Below are positions 9,382-19,104 of a DNA stretch of 64,000 nucleotides, piece by piece. Numbering within the stretch: position 1 is the first letter of the stretch; every line of letters begins with the position of its first letter. The translations under genes and the position numbers were made by a program. The notes beneath the pieces are model-generated. The model made no database searches and was not told the origin of the DNA. It saw only the letters and a program-made list of their open reading frames with translations. The stretch covers positions 128,001 to 192,000 of the IMG/VR virus record IMGVR_UViG_3300046787_000508. The stretch is one strand, 5' to 3'. This DNA comes from a virus. Its lineage: Duplodnaviria; Caudoviricetes.

Positions 9382-11151
9382 TTACCTTGGTTTCCCAAAT
9401 AACCACGAAAATTCTTTATAACTATCTTTAGGTATATTCGTTGGATTACCCTCACTAAAGAGACTATTATCCATTGACATTGAACCTATTGGGTCGAATG
9501 ATGTCCCGTACGAATAGAATGTTTTACTCGCCTCATACGTTCTCTCTGACATAGTCCAAGACTCTAACATTGCTTTGTTTGCGTTTTCATTTCTCTCCAA
9601 TTGATTAAAACACATATCGCCGGCATATAATGCCATTGACATACTCATAATCGCATCATCATGTTGACCTTTCATGTGGTCAGGTCTACCGTTAAGATAA
9701 ACAAACGTATTAAGTTCACTTAATAATCTACTTGACCTAACAATAAAACCTTTTCTTAATTGTTCTTCAAACGCAGCAACGATTTGTGTTCTTTTATTGT
9801 TGAAATTTAACCCGGGTATTTTTTCAGTTGCTTTCTTGTTATATTCCCAAATATTTTGTGTGTTTATACCGTCAATATAAAGGTTTTTATAATTCATTTC
9901 CTGTAACTTTCTTGAGGTGGCAACTCCCATACCGCCTGTAATATCGATAACAATAAACGCCTCATATAATATCCCCCACTTATATGCAACCGCAGCTAAG
10001 TCATCCGGAGGTATTTTACCAATATATTCGGCAACTTGTTCCCTATCATCAAAATCCACAATATTAATTGACGAGAAGTCTTCACTATCTCCTCTACTAA
10101 CGTCGACTCCCATAATGTAACGATGACCGGCAATTGGTTCCTTCCAATGCCAAAATGTACCCTGCATGTATTTTTCTTTAGGTACACGTATCATATTCTT
10201 AGCGATGTTCTCTTGTGTCTCTCCAGGTATAACGGAATCCCCTGAACCTAAAAAGTCACATTCCAACTCCTGAGAAATCATACGTCTATCGTATTTAAAT
10301 TTCTTAGACATGGATTCAAACCACGATGAAAGAGGTTTATATCCCTCATCCAAATAGTCGTTATATTTTTCCATATCAAAATCGGTCATTACAATGTCAT
10401 CATCATTGTATTGTTCCCTATTTAACATGTAATGTACAATATCGTTACATTTTACCCATCTTAAATCTTTTGTGTAACGTGGGTCTTTAAACCATCTTAA
10501 ATCCGTAATGTGGAAATCGTTAACACCTCTAATTGCTTGGTCGTATACCCCATAATAAATTGGGTCATATCCATTGGGTGTTGAGATAAGAATAATCTTA
10601 CCACCCGTAGATAACGATGCCATAGACGCAGCCCAAAAGTCTTCACCTGCATCAATGTACGCAGCCTCGTCAAATACAAGTATGGTCGGTGTAAAACCAC
10701 GTAACGCATCGGGAGATGTTGCAACGGCTTTAACCTCACATCCATTATTTAATCTAAATCGACTTTCAGAGTTTTTATCAGGTGAGAAACCAACATTAAT
10801 CCATTCTGGCCACTGCTCCAAGAAATTTCTAACTTTGTTAGCCATTTCAATTGCGGTGTCACGTTTGTTGGCAATAATAAGAACCCTCTCAGGTTCAGTC
10901 TTCTTTGCTGTTTGTAGTTTTTTTGAAATCCAAGCTGCGGTTACGGTTGATACCCCCGCCTGTCTATATTTTCTTGTAATGTTCTCATTATACTTCTCAT
11001 AATCCTGAATCAATTGTTCTTGGTCAGGGAAAAGTTTTAATGGTACATATTTTTTTTGAGTATTATCGTAAGTTGTGAGGTATGTTCTTAAGGCATACGG
11101 TGCGTCTTTTATAATTCTTGCATATTCATGTAGTTGTTCTAATCTACTCAT
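9382..11151 (-). CDS. gp17: Terminase large subunit, gp17-like
   Basis: KYRQAGVST (Walker A), ILVFDEAA (Walker B), ISTPNG, MGVDVSRG nuclease motif, HDDAIM. Confidence 0.95.
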   Translation of the reverse strand: MSRLEQLHEYARIIKDAPYALRTYLTTYDNTQKKYVPLKLFPDQEQLIQDYEKYNENITRKYRQAGVSTVTAAWISKKLQTAKKTEPERVLIIANKRDTAIEMANKVRNFLEQWPEWINVGFSPDKNSESRFRLNNGCEVKAVATSPDALRGFTPTILVFDEAAYIDAGEDFWAASMASLSTGGKIILISTPNGYDPIYYGVYDQAIRGVNDFHITDLRWFKDPRYTKDLRWVKCNDIVHYMLNREQYNDDDIVMTDFDMEKYNDYLDEGYKPLSSWFESMSKKFKYDRRMISQELECDFLGSGDSVIPGETQENIAKNMIRVPKEKYMQGTFWHWKEPIAGHRYIMGVDVSRGDSEDFSSINIVDFDDREQVAEYIGKIPPDDLAAVAYKWGILYEAFIVIDITGGMGVATSRKLQEMNYKNLYIDGINTQNIWEYNKKATEKIPGLNFNNKRTQIVAAFEEQLRKGFIVRSSRLLSELNTFVYLNGRPDHMKGQHDDAIMSMSMALYAGDMCFNQLERNENANKAMLESWTMSERTYEASKTFYSYGTSFDPIGSMSMDNSLFSEGNPTNIPKDSYKEFSWLFGKPR

Positions 11152-11196
11152 ACTAATAAATATAAAAACTAAAGGTCTCTATTCGAGACCTTCATT

Positions 11197-12489
11197 TTAT
11201 TTTGGTAAACTAATTCCCATCTGTGATAGGAAATCAGTTAAGTCATCGTCTTTATGTTCTTCCATAAATTCATCCATTAGTCGTTTGAATTCTGAATCGG
11301 AAGTTGTAACGGTTTCATTATCTACCTTTCTGGTTAAATCGTAATAGATTGCACCTATTAATGTTTTACCCATATCGGTACCACCCATGATTTCTTTAAA
11401 TAATAATAAGAATTCTTTAACAGGTAGATTTACAATGTTTACATAAATGTAATATTGTATTTTTTTCTTTTCTTCGTCAGTAACAATTGCGTCAGGATAC
11501 AAATTGGTTAATCTTTTCCAAATTGCTCTACCTAATCTAATGTCCCATATTTCGTGTTGAACTTGGTCTTCTAAATCTTTAGCTTTCTCATAATTCTCAG
11601 GATTTTCAGGTTTTCTTTCTTTACCTAAAAATTCCATAACACCTTTAATTGCTTCATGAATTAAAAATGGAAAAATCATTGCCTCGGCATGTATTGTTGG
11701 TGGATTTGTTGACGTATCAATTCTTGTTTTACCTGATGCCCCACCTTCACCACTACCAGCAGCTGATAACATTTCATTAGGGAACTGCCAATAACCTAAC
11801 ATCATTGTTGATACAAAAATAGCATACTTTTCAGTAATTCCTTGTACTCCCATGATGTTTTCCAATTCACCAACAACTTTCTCGAAAAGATATGAACCGT
11901 CAACAGCATGACCTTGTGTCATTGCATTTACAATTCTTCTCTTTGCTCTTTCAGGGTTCAATTCATTGACATCATCTGCCAATTCCTCTTCCTTCTGTTG
12001 TAATTGTTGTTTGGTTTGGGTGTTATTTAATTTTATAGATTGTTTAACTAATTTAAAGTCAAATTGAATTCTATTTTCAGGAATTTTAAAATAATCTCTA
12101 ATTAAAGTTTCACAAAGTTGTTCTAATTCAGATTCATGAGTTGTTTCGGCTCTCATTACCTCACCTAATATTCTTCCTGCTTGGTTTGATAATTGAGCAT
12201 ATTGACCATTAATACCTGTACCAATGTTACGAACACCCGTGTATTCAGCTAACTTATCTAACGCATGTTTATATTCTTCAGACGCCAATAACTCTTCGTA
12301 ATTTTCGTGTTCTTCAGGTGCGTTTGGAAAATCAACTTTATCAAACGGGGTTTCTCTATTTGATAAATCAGATTGTACATCGGGACTTGGTCTACTATCA
12401 TCACTAAATGACATAGCCTCTTTTTGTTCTCCTTTTTGACCTAAAATTAGAGGTTTAACCTCCTTATTTGTTGATTTTTGTTTTGCCAT
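11197..12489 (-). CDS. Hypothetical protein
   Basis: 430-aa ORF in the structural operon. Confidence 0.75.
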   Translation of the reverse strand: MAKQKSTNKEVKPLILGQKGEQKEAMSFSDDSRPSPDVQSDLSNRETPFDKVDFPNAPEEHENYEELLASEEYKHALDKLAEYTGVRNIGTGINGQYAQLSNQAGRILGEVMRAETTHESELEQLCETLIRDYFKIPENRIQFDFKLVKQSIKLNNTQTKQQLQQKEEELADDVNELNPERAKRRIVNAMTQGHAVDGSYLFEKVVGELENIMGVQGITEKYAIFVSTMMLGYWQFPNEMLSAAGSGEGGASGKTRIDTSTNPPTIHAEAMIFPFLIHEAIKGVMEFLGKERKPENPENYEKAKDLEDQVQHEIWDIRLGRAIWKRLTNLYPDAIVTDEEKKKIQYYIYVNIVNLPVKEFLLLFKEIMGGTDMGKTLIGAIYYDLTRKVDNETVTTSDSEFKRLMDEFMEEHKDDDLTDFLSQMGISLPK

Positions 12490-13106
12490 TAGTTAAATGA
12501 ATTGATAATTTCTTTAAATCTCATAAAGTCTGGTAATTCTGAATCTCCCTTTTCGAATTTAGGGTCAGGGTCAGGACCTTCGTTTGGATTGTCCCATGGG
12601 TCAATGAACGGGTCTTTATCCGGTGATATTGAAGGTTGTTTAATGTCCGGTTCAACGTCGATATCCGGTTCTGCAATTGCGGGTCCTTGTTCGTTTAATT
12701 TTGTGTTAATCATTTCCATAATTTCATTTTTTGATGTAAAACTATGAAAATTTTCGTTAGCTAACAACTTTACCCACTCATTTATTTCTTTTTTTTCTTT
12801 ATTGACTACTTTTTTGTCCTTTTTTAGAAGTTTGAAATCCTCGGCATCAATCTCTCCATTGTGGTTTTTATCTAACTTATCTTGGTCACCTTTTAATTCA
12901 CCCTCATAAGTCTCAATGGTTTTTAAACTTTTTTTCGCAGCTTCAATATCGGCAGCGTAAGTCGGACTTTTTTTAGAGACCATAACTGTTTCTTCAGAAA
13001 GTATTCTCTCTGATAACATGTTTAATTGTTTGTCTGACATATTAACTAATGTACTTTCCGAAAATCCTTCGTTCATTAGTTTTTGTACTATTTCATTTCT
13101 TTTCAT
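12489..13106 (-). CDS. Hypothetical protein with EF-hand-like loop
   Basis: DKNHNGEIDAEDF; Pro/Asp-rich C-terminal part. Confidence 0.7.
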   Translation of the reverse strand: MKRNEIVQKLMNEGFSESTLVNMSDKQLNMLSERILSEETVMVSKKSPTYAADIEAAKKSLKTIETYEGELKGDQDKLDKNHNGEIDAEDFKLLKKDKKVVNKEKKEINEWVKLLANENFHSFTSKNEIMEMINTKLNEQGPAIAEPDIDVEPDIKQPSISPDKDPFIDPWDNPNEGPDPDPKFEKGDSELPDFMRFKEIINSFN

Positions 13107-13111
13107 GGAAA

Positions 13112-13504
13112 CTATTCTTTAATTTCTTCGTTTATTAATTCCAACCCTTTTATTCTCAATTTCTCGACAACAGTATCAAATTCTTCACCAAAGTGAAAAG
13201 AAACCCTAATAGGTCTCTCCTCAGCGTCTCTGTCAAATTCTTCCCAACCTAATGCAACAATTCCATCAACAGCATCAATCATTCCATGATAATCAGAGTT
13301 TTGTACGAGTTCAAGTTCTAAATCGGAATTTTTTAATAAACCAACTAAATCTATCGACTCAATCTGAGGTGGAACTGCTCTACCTGATGATGGAATTATA
13401 AACCATTCGTCTTCTAATACCTCAATGTCTGTTCCGAAAATGAATTCGTATTGTCTTTGACCTTTATAGTCTCTACCAAGTTCATTGATGTATATTAAAA
13501 ACAT
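13112..13504 (-). CDS. Hypothetical protein
   Basis: 130-aa ORF; ends in TAG. Confidence 0.7.
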   Translation of the reverse strand: MFLIYINELGRDYKGQRQYEFIFGTDIEVLEDEWFIIPSSGRAVPPQIESIDLVGLLKNSDLELELVQNSDYHGMIDAVDGIVALGWEEFDRDAEERPIRVSFHFGEEFDTVVEKLRIKGLELINEEIKE

Positions 13505-13505
13505 A

Positions 13506-14594
13506 TTATTTTATATATTTCCCTAACGCTTCTTTAACACTTTGGTTAATAACATCAGTTAATTCGTTAATGTCTAACTCTTTGATGTCATGTTGTTCAG
13601 GTTGACCCTCAGAATCACCAATTGGGTCTTCTTCGTTAATATCAAAAGTAAAATCAAAATCTCCGAAACCTTCTTCATCATCATGTGAGTTTTCACTATT
13701 TCTGAAGTATTCGTCTTCTTCACCACCCGGAGCTAATTCCATACCGAAATCATCATCTTCGTCAATTTCATCAAATGGGGTATTGATTAAAGCTTCTAAA
13801 GCGTCCATTGACATGTCGTTTTCTTCACCTAAATCAGTGTCTTCCCCTTCAGGTGCAACTTCTTCACCACCCATTTCAGGTTCTTCTCCTTCGTACTCAT
13901 CTTCGTCTTCAAATTGAGTAAGAATTTCTTCTTTATCAATTGAATCCAATTTGTCTAAATTCAAAGCTGAAACCACAGAATTGATAACATACTTAATGTC
14001 GTCACTTTCCATATCTTCCTGAGCTCCTCTTAATTTCTGACCTAACTTACCTGTTAGTTTTTGAATTAATTTAATTGGGTCATTATCTTCAGAATCATCT
14101 TGTGTTGGTTCTTCTTCAGGACCATCAATTGGTTCTTCTGCCGGTAAATCTTCTAAGCCTGCATCTGACATCGGTGCGTCATCCTCTGCAGGTGGTAATG
14201 CCGGCGGCATATCCGCAGGAGGTGCAATTGGAGCTTCAGTCGCTGGTTTGTTTTGTTTTAAAACATATTTTGTAGCTTCCTGTAATTCTTCTTGACCTTT
14301 TAAAAGTTCAAGTCTTTTCAGTGCTTCTGAATATGAAGAAAATCTGTTTTTATTTTTCATGAACATCCCACCAATGTAATCAAGGGAACTTTCGTTCAAA
14401 CCTCTCTTCACATAGTAGCTGTCCTTTTCTTTTACAATTCCGTAAACACCACCAATAGTGGATTCTTTAATAATCTCAGCACGTGGATTAGTCGGAACGT
14501 TTTTATTTTCATTAAAGTACGTGAGTTCAAGGATTCTCTTTAATTTATCCTCGCCTTTTAATTTCTCACTACCGATTGGTTTTAAATCTCCCAT
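13506..14594 (-). CDS. Acidic hypothetical protein (probable head-associated)
   Basis: 362-aa ORF with Pro/Glu/Asp-rich linkers. Confidence 0.7.
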   Translation of the reverse strand: MGDLKPIGSEKLKGEDKLKRILELTYFNENKNVPTNPRAEIIKESTIGGVYGIVKEKDSYYVKRGLNESSLDYIGGMFMKNKNRFSSYSEALKRLELLKGQEELQEATKYVLKQNKPATEAPIAPPADMPPALPPAEDDAPMSDAGLEDLPAEEPIDGPEEEPTQDDSEDNDPIKLIQKLTGKLGQKLRGAQEDMESDDIKYVINSVVSALNLDKLDSIDKEEILTQFEDEDEYEGEEPEMGGEEVAPEGEDTDLGEENDMSMDALEALINTPFDEIDEDDDFGMELAPGGEEDEYFRNSENSHDDEEGFGDFDFTFDINEEDPIGDSEGQPEQHDIKELDINELTDVINQSVKEALGKYIK

Positions 14595-14663
14595 TTTTGC
14601 ATTGTTAAATGAAGTTATTCTTATCCTATAAATACATTGATATAAGGAAAAAAATAACTGTAG

Positions 14664-15455
14664 TTATTGTGGTATAGACAATTTTTTATCTGTTATATCC
14701 GTTTTTAGTGTTAATAGCTTATTAATGTATCCATTTCTTCTAAGTAATTTGAAGGTTAAATTCTCATATGAGTATTCTCCACCTCTCTCTAATCCACTTT
14801 GTCTGAAACGTTTTATCTTATTTTTTAAGGATTTTATCTGATTTATTACGTCAGACCCAGATTTGGACTTTTCAATTAATTTATCAATTAACCTCATATA
14901 TTCCTCACCCTTCTCAATTATCTTAGAATCATCAATAAATTCTTTAGTTTTTTGAGGTTCAATTACCCACTTATCGTTTAGTACTGAATACACACCTGAA
15001 GAGACGTGTTTTTCGTCAACGTCTTGAACATATAATTCAACTTCGTACCCTTTTATCTTAATATTGTGATTTTCGTTCCACACGTCTTTTTTTGCATCCA
15101 AAAATTCTTTTACTAAATCGTGATATGCAGTGTTATTGATTTTGGTACTTTTTCCGTTTTCATCCATGTCAACTAATATATGTAAATCAACATCTGAAAA
15201 TTCTGACCAATTGTAATTTGATAATGAACCGGTTAATACAATATCGTGTATGAAAAAATCAACACCTAAGAAATCAATGAACGTATCTGAGATTTTTATT
15301 AATTTCTCCCTTACGTTACTATCCATTTTATACGTGTCTTTGATTTTTTTGAAGATATTAGAATCTAATTCATCTTTAGCCGAAAACGACTTTATGATTT
15401 TATTATCTAACTCACTATCTTCAAATAGTTCATCAACTAAGGATTTACCAATCAT
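14664..15455 (-). CDS. Pol-beta-family nucleotidyltransferase-like protein
   Basis: LTGSLSNYNWSEFSDVDLHI (GS...DxD) and VELYVQD. Confidence 0.8.
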   Translation of the reverse strand: MIGKSLVDELFEDSELDNKIIKSFSAKDELDSNIFKKIKDTYKMDSNVREKLIKISDTFIDFLGVDFFIHDIVLTGSLSNYNWSEFSDVDLHILVDMDENGKSTKINNTAYHDLVKEFLDAKKDVWNENHNIKIKGYEVELYVQDVDEKHVSSGVYSVLNDKWVIEPQKTKEFIDDSKIIEKGEEYMRLIDKLIEKSKSGSDVINQIKSLKNKIKRFRQSGLERGGEYSYENLTFKLLRRNGYINKLLTLKTDITDKKLSIPQ

Positions 15456-15697
15456 TTAATTTTTTGAAATTTGTATTTTCCGTTTATATTACTACTGAAG
15501 TACTTACCTTGAGATTCTGACATCCTAAATTTAGTGAATTCTGACCAAGGAAACTTGTAGTACTCATAAATACCTCCGTTATTGAAAGTAATCGTTAATG
15601 TCTCATCTGTAGTGTTATATTGTGCAGATTTTATGTTGGATGACTTTATGTCAACATTAATGATTGTCCCGTTAATTTGTTCCGATATAATTCCCAT
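15452..15697 (-). CDS. KTSC domain protein
   Basis: SSNIKSAQYN...LTITFNNGGIYEYY...SESQGKYFSSNI pattern. Confidence 0.85.
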   Translation of the reverse strand: MGIISEQINGTIINVDIKSSNIKSAQYNTTDETLTITFNNGGIYEYYKFPWSEFTKFRMSESQGKYFSSNINGKYKFQKIK

Positions 15698-15773
15698 ATT
15701 ATTTTATTTATGTTATAATATAATACATTTTAAGATAAATATCAACGGATATTTTTTGACATTTTGTCATTTA

Positions 15774-15805
15774 TTTGTTTTTTATTAAAATTTGTTTTAC
15801 ATTTG
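15774..15805 (+). promoter_or_regulatory. Bacteroidota-type housekeeping promoter
   Basis: TTTG (15774) - N20 - TACATTTG (15798) upstream of the Clp ATPase. Confidence 0.7.
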
Positions 15806-15828
15806 TATCGAACTAAAAAACATATGAT

Positions 15829-17850
15829 ATGGCAGTAGATTTCTTTGAAGAAGGACCAAAACAAAATCAAAAGAGTAGAAGACCTGGTTCAACAACACCT
15901 ATTTTAGATAATTTTTCACGAGATTTAATAAAGTTAGCTGAAGAAGGTAAGATTGACCCGGTTGTGGGAAGAGATAAAGAAGTGAAACGTATTTCTCAAA
16001 TCTTATCTCGAAAGAAAAAAAATAATGCGGTAATCGTTGGGGATGCGGGTGTTGGTAAATCGGCGTTAGTTGAGAAGTTAGCCATACAAATCCATAAAGG
16101 TAATTGTCCAAACAATCTATTAGATAAACGTTTAGTATCGTTGGACCTTACATCATTAGTTGCAGGAACAAAATACCGAGGACAGTTCGAAGAACGTATT
16201 AAAGCAATTTTAAACGAATTACAAGAGAATCCAAATGTAATTGTTTTTATCGATGAATTACATACCATGGTTGGTGCAGGTAATGCGAGTGGTGCAATGG
16301 ATGCCGCTAATATACTAAAACCCGCATTAGCACGTGGTGAAATGCAATGTATCGGTGCAACCACTTTCGATGAGTATAAAAAACATATTGAGAAGGATAG
16401 CGCGCTTGTACGAAGATTTCAAAAGGTTACCTTAAAAGAACCGACATATAGTGAGACAACAGAAATTTTAAATAACTTATCCCCATCATATGAAGATTAC
16501 CACAAAGTATCTTACGGTGAGGATGTTATTGACACTATCGTATTATTGTCAGATAGATACATCACAGATAGACAATTTCCAGACAAAGCCATTGACATCC
16601 TTGATGAATTAGGTTCAGAGAAAAGAGTTTCAACTAAAGTCCCTGAAATAATTGAAGAATTGAAAAAGGAAGTTGAAGTTATTAGAGAAAAGAAACTTCA
16701 AGTTGTTAAGAGTCAAAATTACGAATTGGCGGCCAAGTTACGTGACGACGAAAAGAAAGTTCAGAAGAAATTAGAAGAAGAAAAAGAAAATTGGGTTATC
16801 TCACAAAGAGATAATAAAACTCCCGTAATTGTTGAGGATGTATACAAAATTGTATCGGAGATGACAGGTGTCCCAATCACTAAATTAGACGTTAATGAAA
16901 CTGAAAAATTACTTGATTTAGAAAATATACTTGGTGAAAGAGTAATCGGTCAAGATGAAGCAGTTTCTATCATCTCAAAATCAATTAGAAGAAGTCGTGT
17001 TGGGATAAAAGATACAAATAGACCAATCGGTTCATTTATATTTTTGGGTTCAACAGGTGTGGGTAAAACTCACTTGGCAAAATCAATTGCGAGTACATTG
17101 TTTGGTTCTGAGGATAATGTTATACGTGTTGACATGAGTGAATTCATGGAAAAACACAGTGTTTCTCGTTTGATTGGTTCTCCTCCGGGATACGTTGGTT
17201 ACGATGAAGGTGGTCAATTAACAGAGAAAGTGAAAAACAATCCATTCTCAGTTATTTTATTTGATGAAATAGAGAAAGCACATAAGGATGTCTTTAACTT
17301 ATTATTACAAATCTTAGACGAAGGACATTTAACGGATTCATTCGGTAGAAAAGTAAATTTTACCAACACTTTGATTATTTTAACATCTAACATAGGTGCC
17401 AAGAAAGTAGTTGAATTTGGTGGTGGTGTTGGATTCAACACATTATCTAAGGAGAGTCAGTCTGAACAAGTTAAAAAGACTATTATAGATAAGTCATTAA
17501 AACAACAATTTAGTCCCGAATTTTTAAATCGTATAGACGATATCATCATCTTCAACCCATTGACCGATGATGTTTTAAATAAGATTATCACTATCGAACT
17601 TAATAAATTAGTTAAACGACTTGCAGAGAAAAAGTACGATATTGTTTTTGATAAAAGTGTGAACGATAAAATCCTTTCAATGAACAAAAATGAAGGATAC
17701 GGTGCACGACCTATTAAACGAATCATTCAAAATTTATGTGAAGATTTCTTGAGTGATGAGATTTTAAGAGGTAAAATAAAAGAAGGTAAATTAACAAATA
17801 TTAAGTGTAATAACGATGGTGTATTGTTAATTGGAAAAAAATTATTGTAA
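15829..17850 (+). CDS. clpC: ClpC/ClpB-type AAA+ ATPase lacking the N-terminal Clp repeats
   Basis: DPVVGR, GDAGVGKS, FIDELH, UVR-like coil, GSTGVGKT, RLIGSPPGYVGY, FDEIEKAH, GARP. Confidence 0.9.
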   Translation: MAVDFFEEGPKQNQKSRRPGSTTPILDNFSRDLIKLAEEGKIDPVVGRDKEVKRISQILSRKKKNNAVIVGDAGVGKSALVEKLAIQIHKGNCPNNLLDKRLVSLDLTSLVAGTKYRGQFEERIKAILNELQENPNVIVFIDELHTMVGAGNASGAMDAANILKPALARGEMQCIGATTFDEYKKHIEKDSALVRRFQKVTLKEPTYSETTEILNNLSPSYEDYHKVSYGEDVIDTIVLLSDRYITDRQFPDKAIDILDELGSEKRVSTKVPEIIEELKKEVEVIREKKLQVVKSQNYELAAKLRDDEKKVQKKLEEEKENWVISQRDNKTPVIVEDVYKIVSEMTGVPITKLDVNETEKLLDLENILGERVIGQDEAVSIISKSIRRSRVGIKDTNRPIGSFIFLGSTGVGKTHLAKSIASTLFGSEDNVIRVDMSEFMEKHSVSRLIGSPPGYVGYDEGGQLTEKVKNNPFSVILFDEIEKAHKDVFNLLLQILDEGHLTDSFGRKVNFTNTLIILTSNIGAKKVVEFGGGVGFNTLSKESQSEQVKKTIIDKSLKQQFSPEFLNRIDDIIIFNPLTDDVLNKIITIELNKLVKRLAEKKYDIVFDKSVNDKILSMNKNEGYGARPIKRIIQNLCEDFLSDEILRGKIKEGKLTNIKCNNDGVLLIGKKLL

Positions 17851-17964
17851 ATATTTGACTTTTTAATAAAGTTATATATATTTATATCTCGGAGGTTCTC
17901 TTTGTCGATTACCTTTTCGTTTTTTTTTCATAAGTAAATGGGGTTGAACCCATTGAAAGACCTT

Positions 17965-17996
17965 AAACCCCGACAACCTGTTGGGGTTTTTTTATT
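17965..17996 (+). terminator. Intrinsic terminator
   Basis: aaaccccgac-aacct-gttggggttt plus T tract. Confidence 0.75.
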
Positions 17997-18037
17997 TAAA
18001 TTTGGTATTGTCAGAAATAAAGTGTATATTTACTATA

Positions 18038-18214
18038 ATGAAAAAATATATTTTAGTATTCGCGGTTATTGTATCGATTACAATGGCGGCATGTGGTTCT
18101 AAGTCTACCACAAACGAAGCAACAGACTCAACAGCTACTCAAGTTGATAGTACTGCAGTATCTGCGGACTCAACAACGGCTCAAATCCCTGCAGATTCAG
18201 CTGCAACAAAATAA
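18038..18214 (+). CDS. Small Ser/Thr/Ala-rich lipoprotein
   Basis: MKKYILVFAVIVSITMAAC lipobox; start moved from 17981 to 18038; followed by hairpin ggggc-ttcg-gccct. Confidence 0.75.
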   Translation: MKKYILVFAVIVSITMAACGSKSTTNEATDSTATQVDSTAVSADSTTAQIPADSAATK

Positions 18215-18216
18215 AA

Positions 18217-18426
18217 ATGGGGCTTCGGCCCTATTTTTCAATTTTTAACATTATGAGAGAAAATTCAAAAGAAAAGGTGCTATTTGTATTAAACATGGCA
18301 TTACTTGTTTTATTGTGGTTCACAATAAATGTTTATCGGACTAAATTATCTGTTATAGAAAAAAGAGTAACGGTTTTAGAACAAAAAATGAATTCACAAG
18401 AAACAAAGGTGGTAAACGAAAAATAA
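18217..18426 (+). CDS. Small membrane-anchored coiled-coil protein
   Basis: One hydrophobic helix; true start probably the downstream Met (MRENSK). Confidence 0.55.
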   Translation: MGLRPYFSIFNIMRENSKEKVLFVLNMALLVLLWFTINVYRTKLSVIEKRVTVLEQKMNSQETKVVNEK

Positions 18427-18452
18427 CTACCCCTAATTTAATAAAACAATAC

Positions 18453-18773
18453 ATGGCAGCTAAAAAAGAACCATACATTCGATTGGAAATCAATACCAAT
18501 CACCAAGATTTTACAGATTTCTACGACACCAATAAAGAAATAATTTATAAGTCAATCGTGGAAGTTTTCGAGGGTCTAAAGACATCCAGAAAGAAAACCT
18601 TAAAACTTTTAGTTGTTAGTCAAATAAGTGGATTGGAATGGGACACCGAATTTAACTTCTCCAAAACTGAAACAAAAATATTAGTAAGGGACGTTATTCC
18701 ATATTTTGAACAAATTGAAGATTACGAAACTTGTTTAAAAATAAAAAATTTACATTACGAGTTGACAATGTAA
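18453..18773 (+). CDS. Hypothetical protein with C-terminal UVR-like motif
   Basis: YFEQIEDYETCLKI. Confidence 0.65.
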   Translation: MAAKKEPYIRLEINTNHQDFTDFYDTNKEIIYKSIVEVFEGLKTSRKKTLKLLVVSQISGLEWDTEFNFSKTETKILVRDVIPYFEQIEDYETCLKIKNLHYELTM

Positions 18774-18966
18774 TTTTTATAGTTTATATTTTAATAGTAT
18801 CAATCGTAAGAGATACGTTTATTTATTTTTGTCATATCCCTCGTTGTTTCTACTTCGGGGGATTTTTTTTGTATTATATAAAGAACTTGTGGTTATTATC
18901 CTATTTTTCTTGGTATTTTAACACTTTTGTTGTATTTTTCTAATAATTATATAAAAAAAATACAAT

Positions 18967-19104
18967 ATGTTAAACTTACTAATATCTCTACTAATACTAT
19001 GTTCCACGTTAGGTGCAACAATTTCTAAAATAACTACGGATTACGGTGTTAGAAAACAAAGACAACACACGAGACCGTTAAGATTAGATAAAGATGTGTT
19101 ATAG
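18967..19104 (+). CDS. Small hypothetical protein
   Basis: 45-aa ORF (MLNLLISLLILCSTLG...) read manually; hydrophobic N-terminus. Confidence 0.45.
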   Translation: MLNLLISLLILCSTLGATISKITTDYGVRKQRQHTRPLRLDKDVL

